Positions 9,021 to 18,440 are shown, numbered from the stretch's first letter. The stretch: 49,635 nucleotides of DNA from Deltaproteobacteria bacterium RIFOXYA12_FULL_61_11 (GCA_001799195.1 MGSU01000091.1:1-49635); one strand, 5' to 3'. The notes: generated by a model not told the origin, from the letters alone. A program made the numbers and translations.

Positions 9021-10442
9021 TCAATACCATGTCGTGGGAGAAAAGTAAAGACCTCGCGAAGGAATCTCCCCTGTGGACTGCTCTCGTCTGAGTTGCCAAC
9101 AAAACAACGACAGTTCTGCTAATTCTCTGAAATACTGACAGGTATCAGAGTCCTTACCCCCCCGTACGCCGCAACGTACCCGATTGACGAAACGGCAGCC
9201 ACCCCAACACAATGACTTGATCCAACAATTCTTACAGACTGCCGAACGCGCGTTACTCACAAGCGTTGTCCGTCCCTCATGCGTGGGTTGCCATCCGCTC
9301 CGCACCGAGCCTAGGTTCAGTTCGACCTGCTCAGTGAATCGATGGCATGGAAACAGGTCCCCTTCGCTTCCTATCGCTAGGTATCCTCTCCCTGCCGAAC
9401 AAAAATCAGGTAGTGTTTCTGCCGTATCCAGTCGCTCGATAAAAGTCCCCAAATTGCCGATATTCCAGGGCTCGATTCCTCCGAACGCTGATGGCCCCTG
9501 TACGAGCATGCTCCTAAGCTGCCGGACGAGTTCGCTCAGTACTGCCGAATATCTGGCTCCAGGACACGCGGGACTGAAGGTCGCTCTTCGAACTCCACAC
9601 CCATACAACCAGGTGAGAGACGCCCCCAGGTCGAAATGATCCTCCACCAAGGTACTGCGCACCAAGACCCGTTCGGGTCCAAGCGCGGAGAGCAGCAGCG
9701 CCAATCCTCTCGTGGTTTCCTCGCTGCTCCCGCGCCCTTGGGCAGGCCAGCGTCGATGCCGATCGTGAATCTCGGGCAGACAATCGAGACTAACGGTGAC
9801 TCTGAGGTCGAGTGCCGCCAGCCTCGCGGCGATCTCGACATCGACCAGCGTGGCATTGGTGGTCAAGGCCCAGTGCACCTCCTGATCGGCCATCCCCTCT
9901 ATCAGACGTTCCATACCTGCAAGGTTGAGGAGTGGTTCTCCGCCGAACAGAGAGATCGTGGCTCCCGGCTGTAATATCGGACGCCCCTTCGGGTCCCGTC
10001 CGCGCAACCACTGCACCACAGAATCCACCGTGTCCAACGGCATCAATCCACGCGCTCTGCCATAACTTCCTTGCTGTGCATAGCAGTATGAACAGCGCAA
10101 GTTACAATCCCGAGCCAGAATTACCGCTACCGCAGACAAACCGGCTTCTCGACTCGGCCGCGGAGCATTGCCTGAGAGGAGTTGATCAAGCAAGGCTCCC
10201 TGCGAATCGTTGCCGACCGTGTTCATGTCCAACCGGGAGGTGCCACGCCCGAGTTCTTTACAATCCCGAGCAGTAGATTCATCGAGTTCATAGAGTTCCA
10301 GCGTCCTTGTGGCGAACAAGAAACTGCGCCCCCTGACGGAAAAGAGGTGGAACAGTTGTCCTCTCCACGTGGAGGTGCCCGTCTTTCCCTCGGTTCTCAC
10401 GCTCTTCCTTGCCGAGCACAACTCATCGCGAGGTTTCGCCAC
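9021..10442 (-). CDS. Radical SAM/SPASM peptide maturase with N-terminal RRE-like domain (CteB/PapB/anSME-like)
   Basis: CNLRCSYC, FGGEPLL, TTNAT; SPASM C-SAG...G..FPCH...CKNCW...CWGGC...C; N-terminal FHLFSVRGRSFLF...ELYELDE; exact start uncertain. Confidence 0.9.
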   Translation of the reverse strand: MAKPRDELCSARKSVRTEGKTGTSTWRGQLFHLFSVRGRSFLFATRTLELYELDESTARDCKELGRGTSRLDMNTVGNDSQGALLDQLLSGNAPRPSREAGLSAVAVILARDCNLRCSYCYAQQGSYGRARGLMPLDTVDSVVQWLRGRDPKGRPILQPGATISLFGGEPLLNLAGMERLIEGMADQEVHWALTTNATLVDVEIAARLAALDLRVTVSLDCLPEIHDRHRRWPAQGRGSSEETTRGLALLLSALGPERVLVRSTLVEDHFDLGASLTWLYGCGVRRATFSPACPGARYSAVLSELVRQLRSMLVQGPSAFGGIEPWNIGNLGTFIERLDTAETLPDFCSAGRGYLAIGSEGDLFPCHRFTEQVELNLGSVRSGWQPTHEGRTTLVSNARSAVCKNCWIKSLCWGGCRFVNRVRCGVRGGKDSDTCQYFRELAELSLFCWQLRREQSTGEIPSRGLYFSPTTWY

Positions 10443-11607
10443 GCATGGCGGGGTCTTCGGGAATGCCCATCGAGAGTGGAAGCACTTCGTTGATCAATCC
10501 TTCCCCTTCAGGCGAAGGCAACGCGGTAAGGAGTTGTTCGAAATCTTTCACTCGTCGGTGAAGATTTTCCAGGTCAACAGCGGCAACAGGGTCTCGTGCG
10601 AAAAAACGGCCGATCTCGGTCCAATCGTCCTTGACCCCTTCGGCGATTGCCTGCCGGCGGTAACGATCCAACTCTTCTCGCCAGAACTGTACCTCCTGCT
10701 GCAGTCGCACCGCTTGGGACCGGTCAGTGAGAAGTCCTTGTGCAGCATTCGCCCGTAAGATCAGCTTGCCGAAATACCTACCGCGGGTGCCCGCCTCGAG
10801 GACGAACATCCCATCGTGCAGCAAGGGCACATCGAGTTTCCTCTCCCCCGTGGCATTGACGATCAGAATGGGGATCCCGGCGAGATTCGCAGGCCGTTCC
10901 AGATGGTCGAGTTCATCGGCCGAGAGACCGGAGAGCAGGATGACCACATCGCACGGCCCTCCGAGGGGGAGAGCATTGAGTGCTTCTTGAGGCGATGAAA
11001 CCAGGTACTGCTCCGGGAGCAGGGTTCCCGGAGAGAGCAAACCTGTCAGGGCTACAGAAAAGGGTCCGAGCTTGACTCGACGCACTGCAACCCAGGGTGA
11101 GGGACCGGGATGCTTGCGCAGGAGGTTGGCGCAGACGAGCGGCAAAGCCGAAGCCTCGAGCAGAGGCATGTAGTTGATGAGATCGAAAGGCCCGGGAAGC
11201 AAGGCGTCGAGAGCAAGGGGACGGAGTTGGTTCAACACTCGCTCGGCTTGGGTTAGATAGACCTTCTCTTCTCCAACGGGAATGAGTCGGGTCTTGAGTA
11301 AAGTATTGCCGGTTTCGACAAGGAGCGTGGGTCGTACGGCGCGTTCGCGTTTGATCACCGTCGCTCGCCTCGTCAAACCTCCGAGGTGGTCAGTCATGCA
11401 ACCGCAAGCCTCGAGTTCCCCCCAGAGGTTGGTCCCGTATAAGAGCACCGGAGCTTCGCTCGCTGCCTCGAGCACACTCGACCAGAAAAGCAGGGCCGGC
11501 AACAGCAGCTGGAGCCAGCTACCCCAGCGGTGCCTCCCACCAAGTTGTTGCCCTCTTCGATCAGCGGCCGAATCGCTCAAGGTGCACCTCACGTTGCTTA
11601 ACCCCAT
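10423..11607 (-). CDS. UshA/5'-nucleotidase-like (metallophosphoesterase-fold) exported protein with CGC motif and coiled-coil insert
   Basis: Hydrophobic signal, NLWGELEACGC...LGGLTRRAT, LLVETGN, LPLVCANL, AGTRGRYFGKL. Confidence 0.65.
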   Translation of the reverse strand: MGLSNVRCTLSDSAADRRGQQLGGRHRWGSWLQLLLPALLFWSSVLEAASEAPVLLYGTNLWGELEACGCMTDHLGGLTRRATVIKRERAVRPTLLVETGNTLLKTRLIPVGEEKVYLTQAERVLNQLRPLALDALLPGPFDLINYMPLLEASALPLVCANLLRKHPGPSPWVAVRRVKLGPFSVALTGLLSPGTLLPEQYLVSSPQEALNALPLGGPCDVVILLSGLSADELDHLERPANLAGIPILIVNATGERKLDVPLLHDGMFVLEAGTRGRYFGKLILRANAAQGLLTDRSQAVRLQQEVQFWREELDRYRRQAIAEGVKDDWTEIGRFFARDPVAAVDLENLHRRVKDFEQLLTALPSPEGEGLINEVLPLSMGIPEDPAMRGETSR

Positions 11608-13792
11608 CCTGAGGCCCGATTAATCCTTCTTCTTCCATACGTTCGACAATCCGCGCTGCCCGATTGTACCCGATGCGCAACCGTCGCTGTAAATACGAAG
11701 CAGACGCTTTCTTCGTTTCACGGACAACAGAACAAGCTTTTTCGTAGACTTCGTCCTCATCAGCTTCCTCCTGGACACCCTCCCCCTCACCGGTTACCAA
11801 AACGTCTTCGACTTCCGTAAGGAGCGAAAACTCGGGCCGCCCCTGCCCTCCAAGAAATCCTGTGACGGCTTCAATCTCTTGCTCGGCAATGTAAGCGCCA
11901 TGAATTCGCTGTAATTTTTGAAAACTAGGGGACAAATACAGCATGTCCCCTCGTCCGAGCAACGTCTCGGCACCCTGGGTATCGAGAATTACCCGTGAAT
12001 CGAGCTTCGAAGAGACCGAGAAGGAGATGCGCGCCTTGAAATTTGCCTTGATCAAACCGGTGAGGATGTCTGCCCGCGGAGTCTGCGTGGCCAGGATCAT
12101 GTGAATCCCCGCTGCACGAGCCATCTGGGCCAACCGAGCAATCTGATCCTCGACATCCTTGGAGGCGACAAGCATCAGATCGGCGAGTTCATCGATCACC
12201 AGTACGATGTAGGGTAACGGTTCTTCTCCCTCGCGAAGGTCCTCGGTACCTCCTGCACCACCGAAGCGCCTGTTATAGCTGGAAATGTCTCGAACGCGAT
12301 GTTCCGAAAGCAAGGTATATCGACGCATCATCTCCTTGACACACCATTTGAGCGTCGCCGCGGCTTTGCGCGGATCGGTCACCACGGGCAAGAGCAGATG
12401 GGGAATAGTCTCATAGGTCTTGAGTTCCAGCATCTTCGGGTCGATCATGATGAATTTCACTTGATGCGGCAAGCTTTTGTAGAGAATGCTGGCGATGATC
12501 GCATTGATGGTGACCGACTTCCCGGTCCCGGTCGCTCCCGCCATCAGCAGATGCGGCATCTTGACGAGATCTGCCAAGAAAACCTGCCCGTCGATAGTCT
12601 TGCCCAGCGCCAAGGTAAGGGGAGAAGTAGCGGCACGAAACGCAGGGGTCTCGAGGAGTTCACGCAGGTACACGGTTTCTCGAGCGCGGTTCGGGAGTTC
12701 GATCCCCACTGTTCCTTTACCGGGGAGAGGGGAGATGCGCACGCTCTCGGTCTTGAGATCCATGGCAAGATCATCTCCGAGTGCCATGATCTGCTTGAGC
12801 TTGATTTCCGGAGCGAGTTGATACTCGTAGAGGGTGATCACCGGCCCAGGTTGAATATTGACAACCCTCCCGAGGACTCCGAAGTCACCGAGGGTTCGCT
12901 GTAGGATCTCGGCGTTACTTCGTAACGTACTTTCATCGACCTCGGTCCCACCCTGGGGCGGGTTAGCCAGGAGGTCCAGTGGCGGCAAGGTGACGGGTAC
13001 AGTACCCGAGGGAGGATCGAGTGGAGTTCGCTGTTCCTCCTCGGGCTGATCGTCGCATTCCTCATCTTCTTCGGCTTGATCCCGGGCTGGAGGATGGGGT
13101 CGGGTCGGAACGACCGGAGTCAGTAGTATGTGGTCGGGTCTGGTCTCGGGTTGCTCCCATCCTCGAGCGAACCACGTTGCAAGGGCACGACCGAGGGCCA
13201 AGAACGCTCCGATCGACCTTCCTAGAACCGCTGCGACCACTCGCCCGAGACGCAAGACCAAACGGGCCAGGGTCACGAGACTGACCTCCAGAATTGCGAC
13301 CATCAAAGCCAGAACCCCGCCGAGGAGTAGCACCGTGGCACCGACAGTCCCGAGATTCTCTCGGAGCACCTCAGCCGATCCCTGCCCGATCCTGCCTCCT
13401 GCCGAGAGGACTAACCCCCCGAGCTGCACTTCCTCGACATGGAGTTGGAGGAACGCGGCCAGGAACACGACCACTCCGAGCAAAGCACACGGTTTGAGCA
13501 GGACGGTCCAAGGTTCGTCGTGCAAGGCAATTTGAAGAGCTCCGGCCAGTACCGCGGTCAAAAAAAGATAGGCGCTGAAACCGAGCAGCTCGAAGAGGAA
13601 ATGCGAGACCTGCACTCCGGCAGGGCCACACCAATTGTGTTGACCATGCTCGAGGAAAATGTCCCGAGGAGTATGGGTGAAGAGAGCAACCGCGAGGAAC
13701 AAACCGAGGGAAAGCAGAAGGATGAAAACAACCTCTACCCCTCGTCCGCGTCGCTCACCCACCGCCTTGTGCCTCCTCTGTCCAAGCCTCAA
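11561..13792 (-). CDS. ftsK: DNA translocase FtsK
   Basis: N-terminal TM domain, MPHLLMAGATGTGKS, IDELADLM, ARAAGIH, gamma domain LQRRLRIGYNRAARIVE. Confidence 0.97.
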   Translation of the reverse strand: MRLGQRRHKAVGERRGRGVEVVFILLLSLGLFLAVALFTHTPRDIFLEHGQHNWCGPAGVQVSHFLFELLGFSAYLFLTAVLAGALQIALHDEPWTVLLKPCALLGVVVFLAAFLQLHVEEVQLGGLVLSAGGRIGQGSAEVLRENLGTVGATVLLLGGVLALMVAILEVSLVTLARLVLRLGRVVAAVLGRSIGAFLALGRALATWFARGWEQPETRPDHILLTPVVPTRPHPPARDQAEEDEECDDQPEEEQRTPLDPPSGTVPVTLPPLDLLANPPQGGTEVDESTLRSNAEILQRTLGDFGVLGRVVNIQPGPVITLYEYQLAPEIKLKQIMALGDDLAMDLKTESVRISPLPGKGTVGIELPNRARETVYLRELLETPAFRAATSPLTLALGKTIDGQVFLADLVKMPHLLMAGATGTGKSVTINAIIASILYKSLPHQVKFIMIDPKMLELKTYETIPHLLLPVVTDPRKAAATLKWCVKEMMRRYTLLSEHRVRDISSYNRRFGGAGGTEDLREGEEPLPYIVLVIDELADLMLVASKDVEDQIARLAQMARAAGIHMILATQTPRADILTGLIKANFKARISFSVSSKLDSRVILDTQGAETLLGRGDMLYLSPSFQKLQRIHGAYIAEQEIEAVTGFLGGQGRPEFSLLTEVEDVLVTGEGEGVQEEADEDEVYEKACSVVRETKKASASYLQRRLRIGYNRAARIVERMEEEGLIGPQDGVKQREVHLERFGR

Positions 13793-13944
13793 ATAATTCA
13801 GCTCGGGTCCTGCCGCTCGGAGGCGTTCATCATACCTCAGGCATTCTGGGAGGGGAAGCAGGGGAAGAGGTCAAGGCTCGAGGCCGAAACGAGATGCTCA
13901 GAGTATCTATAGGAGAAGCAAGGACCGGGATAGTACGTGGTCGG

Positions 13945-14043
13945 TCAGTCGGATACCAGGAGTAAGACGCTGCAAAGAACGAACACGATCTGGAAGGTGA
14001 AGAACAGGGTCACCTGCGAAATTTCGCGAAGCTGCTTTTCCAT
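13945..14043 (-). CDS. Small single-TM protein, 32 aa, MEKQLREISQVTLFFTFQIVFVLCSVLLLVSD
   Basis: GAGGAG RBS, sigma54 promoter about 35 nt upstream, about 20-aa hydrophobic stretch; below the ORF-track size cutoff. Confidence 0.6.
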   Translation of the reverse strand: MEKQLREISQVTLFFTFQIVFVLCSVLLLVSD

Positions 14044-14078
14044 ATCGTTTCTCCTCACGTGTTCCTGATTGTAGGCTT

Positions 14079-14094
14079 CGCAAGGCCCGTGCCG
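14079..14094 (-). promoter_or_regulatory. sigma54 promoter
   Basis: Minus strand CGGCACGGGCCTTGCG, near-consensus; upstream AT-rich tract and palindrome aaatcgt-aa-acgattt (14115..14130). Confidence 0.75.
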
Positions 14095-14254
14095 AAATTT
14101 ACTGTGTTGAAATTAAATCGTAAACGATTTGCGCAACGCATTATCCGGGAACCTTCCGGCTTTCTCTGGCCAGAACGGCACCACACCGTCATTGCCCGAC
14201 CACACCCTCGATGGTACGGTGGTACGAAGGTCCTGCACTGGTGTGCCAGAACAG

Positions 14255-16228
14255 ATGCCCAGCCCTCCCCTTGTTACTCGGCCGTGCGCTTTCGTCCTCC
14301 TAGCGCTTGTTGGTATCCTCTTGTTCGCACCGACCCTCGGCCACGATTTCGTCTTCGATGACACGCTGATTATCAAAGACAATCCTCTGCTGGAACACGT
14401 AGATGAACCCTGGCTCTTCTTCCTCTCAGATTATTGGGGCAATCACTATCGGAGCGGTGATTACCGTCCGTTGACCATGCTCAGCTATGCACTCAATGCT
14501 CACTTGTTCGGAATCGATCCATTCTCCTTCCACCTCGTCAACCATATCCTGCACATACTCAACACCTTACTCTGGCTGTTCCTACTCCTCAAGCACGGAC
14601 ACAACCGCCGTCTCGCCTGGGCCGCAGCCCTTCTCTTCCTGGTTCACCCGGTGCACACGGAAGCCGTCGTCGGCATTGTCGGCCGGGCCGAGTTATTGGC
14701 GACAACCTTCTCGCTCTTGGCCTGCTGGTTCGCTTTGACCCCAGGCATCTCGACCCTGTTCTTCGCTGCCTGTCTCTATGGGTTTGCCATGCTCTCAAAA
14801 GAGAACGCCGCGATGCTGCCGGTCTATCTCGCCTTGTGGTCTTGGTATCGATATGGCCGGATGGAAAGAAGAGTGCTTGCGCTGCTTCCCTCCCTACTGC
14901 TCGTAGCTTTGTTGAAATATCAGACCCTCGGCACGCTCGGTCCCACAGGAGCGGCGGTTTTCTACCAGGGAACCGACCTCGTTACGCGATTTTGGGCAAT
15001 GTTGGAAGTCTTTCTCGTCTATACCCGATTGCTCCTCCTCCCTGTCCGTCTCTGTGCTGATTACAGCGGAATGCGTTCTACCGTAGATCCGCTCGCTCCG
15101 GTCAATCTCCTCGGTATTACCCTGCTGCTCGGTCTGATCTCCGCGATGGGGTGGACCCTGCTCCGTCGGCATCGAGCTTCTTTCGCCGTGAGTTGTGTGT
15201 TCGCCTCATTCTTGCCGATTGCCAATCTCGTACCCATGGGCACGAATCTCGGGGAGCGCTTACTGTATCAACCCTCCCTCTTCGCCTTGCTACTCGCCGC
15301 CGGCCTGTTCGGTCGCTCTCTCATGCAACATACAACCCTCTTCGCAATCGTGCTTTTATTTAGTGGGCTCACTCTCCACGCCGGCCGAGCTTGGAAGGAT
15401 TCCTACACCCTGTTCTCGCAGACGGTCTCAGTCCTTCCTCGCTCGGCAAAGGCGCAAGCCAACCTAGCCATCGCCATGTTCGAACGGAATGATCTCGACA
15501 CTGCTGCGCAGCACCTCGATACCGCGCTCGCTCTCGCACCTCTCGAACCAACCCAGGCCGCATTCCTCGCGGCCTTCCACCTCTCTCGCGACAACGCACC
15601 CCGAGCCGAAGCCTTGCTACGGAACGCCCTCGAACTCCAAGAACACCCCTTGCTCCGGTACGATCTCGGCGTAGTGCTCTTGGCGCAGAGCAGACCCGAA
15701 GAAGCCTCTCTGCAATTCCACCAAGCACAGGTTTTCCTCCAACGTCAGAGGGTCGTTGATCGTCGCCTCCTCGCCCGCTGTTATCACCAGTCTTCACGCG
15801 CAGCGCTGGCCAAAGGATTTCACGAGGACGCCGAAGCTGAGCTGCGAAGAGCAGTTGCTCTGGCACCCGAACTCACCTCTGCTCGTCAGGATCTCGGAGC
15901 GGTTTTATACCTACGAGGTTCCTTCGTCGAAGCCAAGCAACACTTCCTCGCCGCCCTGGAGGACACGACCGCGGATCAGGTCGCCCTGCTGCGCAATCTG
16001 GGGCTCTGCGACGTAGCTCTCCATAACTATGAAGAGGCGTGGACCTCATTCTCCCGTCTGCTCGAGCTGTCCCCCGAGGACGAACTCGGATTGGCCCAGA
16101 GCATTGAACTCGGGTTTCGCACCGGCCGTGTTGGTACCCTCGGTCCTCTCCTCGAACGTCTCCGTCACCGCCCCACGAATGATCCCCTGCGACAACATCT
16201 CAAACACCTCCTGCAGAACGGGCAATAA
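14255..16228 (+). CDS. TMTC-like GT-C glycosyltransferase with C-terminal TPR repeats
   Basis: FVFDD, YRPLTMLSY, HPVHTEAV..IVGRAELL, SKE, ERLLY.PS, many TMs, TPRs; start uncertain (14129 in the track). Confidence 0.8.
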   Translation: MPSPPLVTRPCAFVLLALVGILLFAPTLGHDFVFDDTLIIKDNPLLEHVDEPWLFFLSDYWGNHYRSGDYRPLTMLSYALNAHLFGIDPFSFHLVNHILHILNTLLWLFLLLKHGHNRRLAWAAALLFLVHPVHTEAVVGIVGRAELLATTFSLLACWFALTPGISTLFFAACLYGFAMLSKENAAMLPVYLALWSWYRYGRMERRVLALLPSLLLVALLKYQTLGTLGPTGAAVFYQGTDLVTRFWAMLEVFLVYTRLLLLPVRLCADYSGMRSTVDPLAPVNLLGITLLLGLISAMGWTLLRRHRASFAVSCVFASFLPIANLVPMGTNLGERLLYQPSLFALLLAAGLFGRSLMQHTTLFAIVLLFSGLTLHAGRAWKDSYTLFSQTVSVLPRSAKAQANLAIAMFERNDLDTAAQHLDTALALAPLEPTQAAFLAAFHLSRDNAPRAEALLRNALELQEHPLLRYDLGVVLLAQSRPEEASLQFHQAQVFLQRQRVVDRRLLARCYHQSSRAALAKGFHEDAEAELRRAVALAPELTSARQDLGAVLYLRGSFVEAKQHFLAALEDTTADQVALLRNLGLCDVALHNYEEAWTSFSRLLELSPEDELGLAQSIELGFRTGRVGTLGPLLERLRHRPTNDPLRQHLKHLLQNGQ

Positions 16229-16355
16229 TGCGGTACTTCATCCTTCTGGCTTCTGCTTCCTTCGACCCCAGTCGGAAGAGAACCGTATTGTCGGCTTGCC
16301 TTGGGCTCATCTCTCGTCTAGGGTCGTGGTTGAATCGTCTTCCGGGGAGTCACCG

Positions 16356-16580
16356 ATGGACCTGTCCTCTCTGCTGCTGATCGCGGTATTGGTCTTCCTC
16401 GCTTTCGAGGCCGCCTCCTTTCATTTCTATAGGGTGGCAGTGAAGGCTAAGAGCGAGGGCAAGAAATTCTTCAGCGAATCCCGCTTCTGGAACCTGGCCT
16501 TGGCCACCTTCCTTGCCCTGGTCGGAGTGTTGTTCCTCATCTTCTTCGTCAGGAACAACCAACGCTCGCCCTTGGTTTGA
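16356..16580 (+). CDS. Small two-TM membrane protein (74 aa)
   Basis: GGGGAG RBS; two hydrophobic segments separated by a basic loop. Confidence 0.65.
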   Translation: MDLSSLLLIAVLVFLAFEAASFHFYRVAVKAKSEGKKFFSESRFWNLALATFLALVGVLFLIFFVRNNQRSPLV

Positions 16581-16667
16581 GCCTTTGCCCTCTCAACGTC
16601 TTGCTACACCACCTAGCTCTGCCCATCGAGGAATTCCATGAGTGCGGCCGAACCATTGTGGGTGAGT

Positions 16668-18440
16668 TCAAACCAAGGGCAACTCCACGAAGAAAATAGT
16701 CCCATTCGCCGAATCGCTCGAGCAGAAGATCCGTCCCCCGAGATGTTCGATCAATTCCTTGGCAATGGCTAAGCCGAGTCCATGCCCCTCGGTCTTTTCA
16801 TCTGCCTTGAAGAATGGGCTGAAGACCCTCTCGAGATGGTCCTTGCTCAAGACCACTCCGCGGTTCCGTACGAAGAGGACAACCTTCTCTATCTGCCTTT
16901 TCAACCCCAAGATTATTTCGCTTTCGGGATCGGAGAATTTGATCGCGTTGTCGACCAAAGCATGGAGAATCATGACCAAGGAAGTTTTATTCCCGGAGAT
17001 GGTACCGGCTTCTTCGGGGAGCGCGAGGGTCAGGGTCAGACCCCTCTTCTGTACTTTCTCCTGGACAGTGGCCTGGACTCGATCGACAACCTCCTTGATG
17101 GAAACCGGCTCTGGAAGAGAGACATGTTCGAGTTGTTGTACTTTTATAAGCAGGAACACGTTTTTTACCAGACCCTCTGTTTTGAGGAGCTCATTGTCGA
17201 GGTAGGTTAAGAAGAGCTTTCGTTTTTCCTCGTCGGCATCCTGCCCTTCCACTACCCTGAGAAAATACAGCATTGATTTTAGTGAATTCTTCAAGGACTC
17301 GGCAAATTTTTCGGTGAAGGAATCGCGTTCTTTGAGCATCCGAGCAAAGCTGGCTTTGTTTTTCGTAAGCTCCTGTCGCAACACTTCCACTTCGGCTTCA
17401 TTCCCGCTGCCTTTTGCATTGTGGACAGCCTCGACGAGGTGATTGCACAATGCGGCGACCCTTCCGAGTTCCCCACTCTCGAAGAGATTGACCTGATCGA
17501 GCTGCTGCAGGGCCAAGCCTTCCTCGAACTTGCTCAGCAAGAGTTCGAGTTTCCGGAACCACGGTACTACTTGGAAATAGGAGAGCAGGACACTGACCGC
17601 GAAGAGGATCAAGGTCCCAATCAGGAGATAGAGGCTCTGCTTGCGCTGCTGCTCATGTAAGGGAGCTATCTCGGTAACGAGGATCGAGGAGAGCGTCGGG
17701 GTGTTGATGATGTGGACCAGTTTATCGTTCCATTGCTCGTGATACGGTAGTTTCTTCGCGAGCGGTCCGAGCAGGACCGTGATCTCATCCTCTCGGAAAT
17801 ACCCCAGACGATTCAATTCCACTTGAACCGGGTCTTCCCCCTCGAACACGATGAAATGCCTCGATCCTTGTGGAATGTTCGCCTGCTTGAGGAACATTGG
17901 ATGAAGGATCTTCTCCGTGATATATTGGGTGTTGAGCACCGCGAAGACCACATATCCAAGTTTCCCGGAGACATCCTCGATCGGTACGATGATGCGATCC
18001 CGGTCGCGCCGAGGTCGCCGATCGAAACGTTCGTTGAGTTCTGCAAGGTACCTTGTTACCTCTAACGCAGCAGGTGAAGGCTCCGCGGTATCGACCATGC
18101 GCACGATCTCGTGTCCTTGGGCATCGACAATGACCAGATTCTGGTAAAAGAGTTCCTCAGCAAGTATCCGCCGGAACACGGCGGATAACTCCGGAACCTC
18201 GCGGTTACATTCGCTGACGATCTCCTTGCCCAATCCGAGGAGTTCGTCCTCGACCCTGGCGAACACCTGCTCAGTCTGCCACAGCACGGCGCCATTGATA
18301 TGAATCTGACGCTTACCGATTTCCTGTACCTTCAGATCCATTTCCGTGGACCCAAAGCGCAGGATCATCAGGACCAAGAACAGGGTAAACAGAACACACG
18401 AGAGAATGATGGTGCCATGAATCTTGGTCGAGGTCTTCAT
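16668..18440 (-). CDS. Membrane sensor histidine kinase-like protein with degenerate H-box
   Basis: Two TMs, periplasmic domain, coiled coil, HATPase (LVDNAIKFS, GHGLGLAIAK); FAESLKNSL where SHELRTPL is expected. Confidence 0.8.
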   Translation of the reverse strand: MKTSTKIHGTIILSCVLFTLFLVLMILRFGSTEMDLKVQEIGKRQIHINGAVLWQTEQVFARVEDELLGLGKEIVSECNREVPELSAVFRRILAEELFYQNLVIVDAQGHEIVRMVDTAEPSPAALEVTRYLAELNERFDRRPRRDRDRIIVPIEDVSGKLGYVVFAVLNTQYITEKILHPMFLKQANIPQGSRHFIVFEGEDPVQVELNRLGYFREDEITVLLGPLAKKLPYHEQWNDKLVHIINTPTLSSILVTEIAPLHEQQRKQSLYLLIGTLILFAVSVLLSYFQVVPWFRKLELLLSKFEEGLALQQLDQVNLFESGELGRVAALCNHLVEAVHNAKGSGNEAEVEVLRQELTKNKASFARMLKERDSFTEKFAESLKNSLKSMLYFLRVVEGQDADEEKRKLFLTYLDNELLKTEGLVKNVFLLIKVQQLEHVSLPEPVSIKEVVDRVQATVQEKVQKRGLTLTLALPEEAGTISGNKTSLVMILHALVDNAIKFSDPESEIILGLKRQIEKVVLFVRNRGVVLSKDHLERVFSPFFKADEKTEGHGLGLAIAKELIEHLGGRIFCSSDSANGTIFFVELPLV

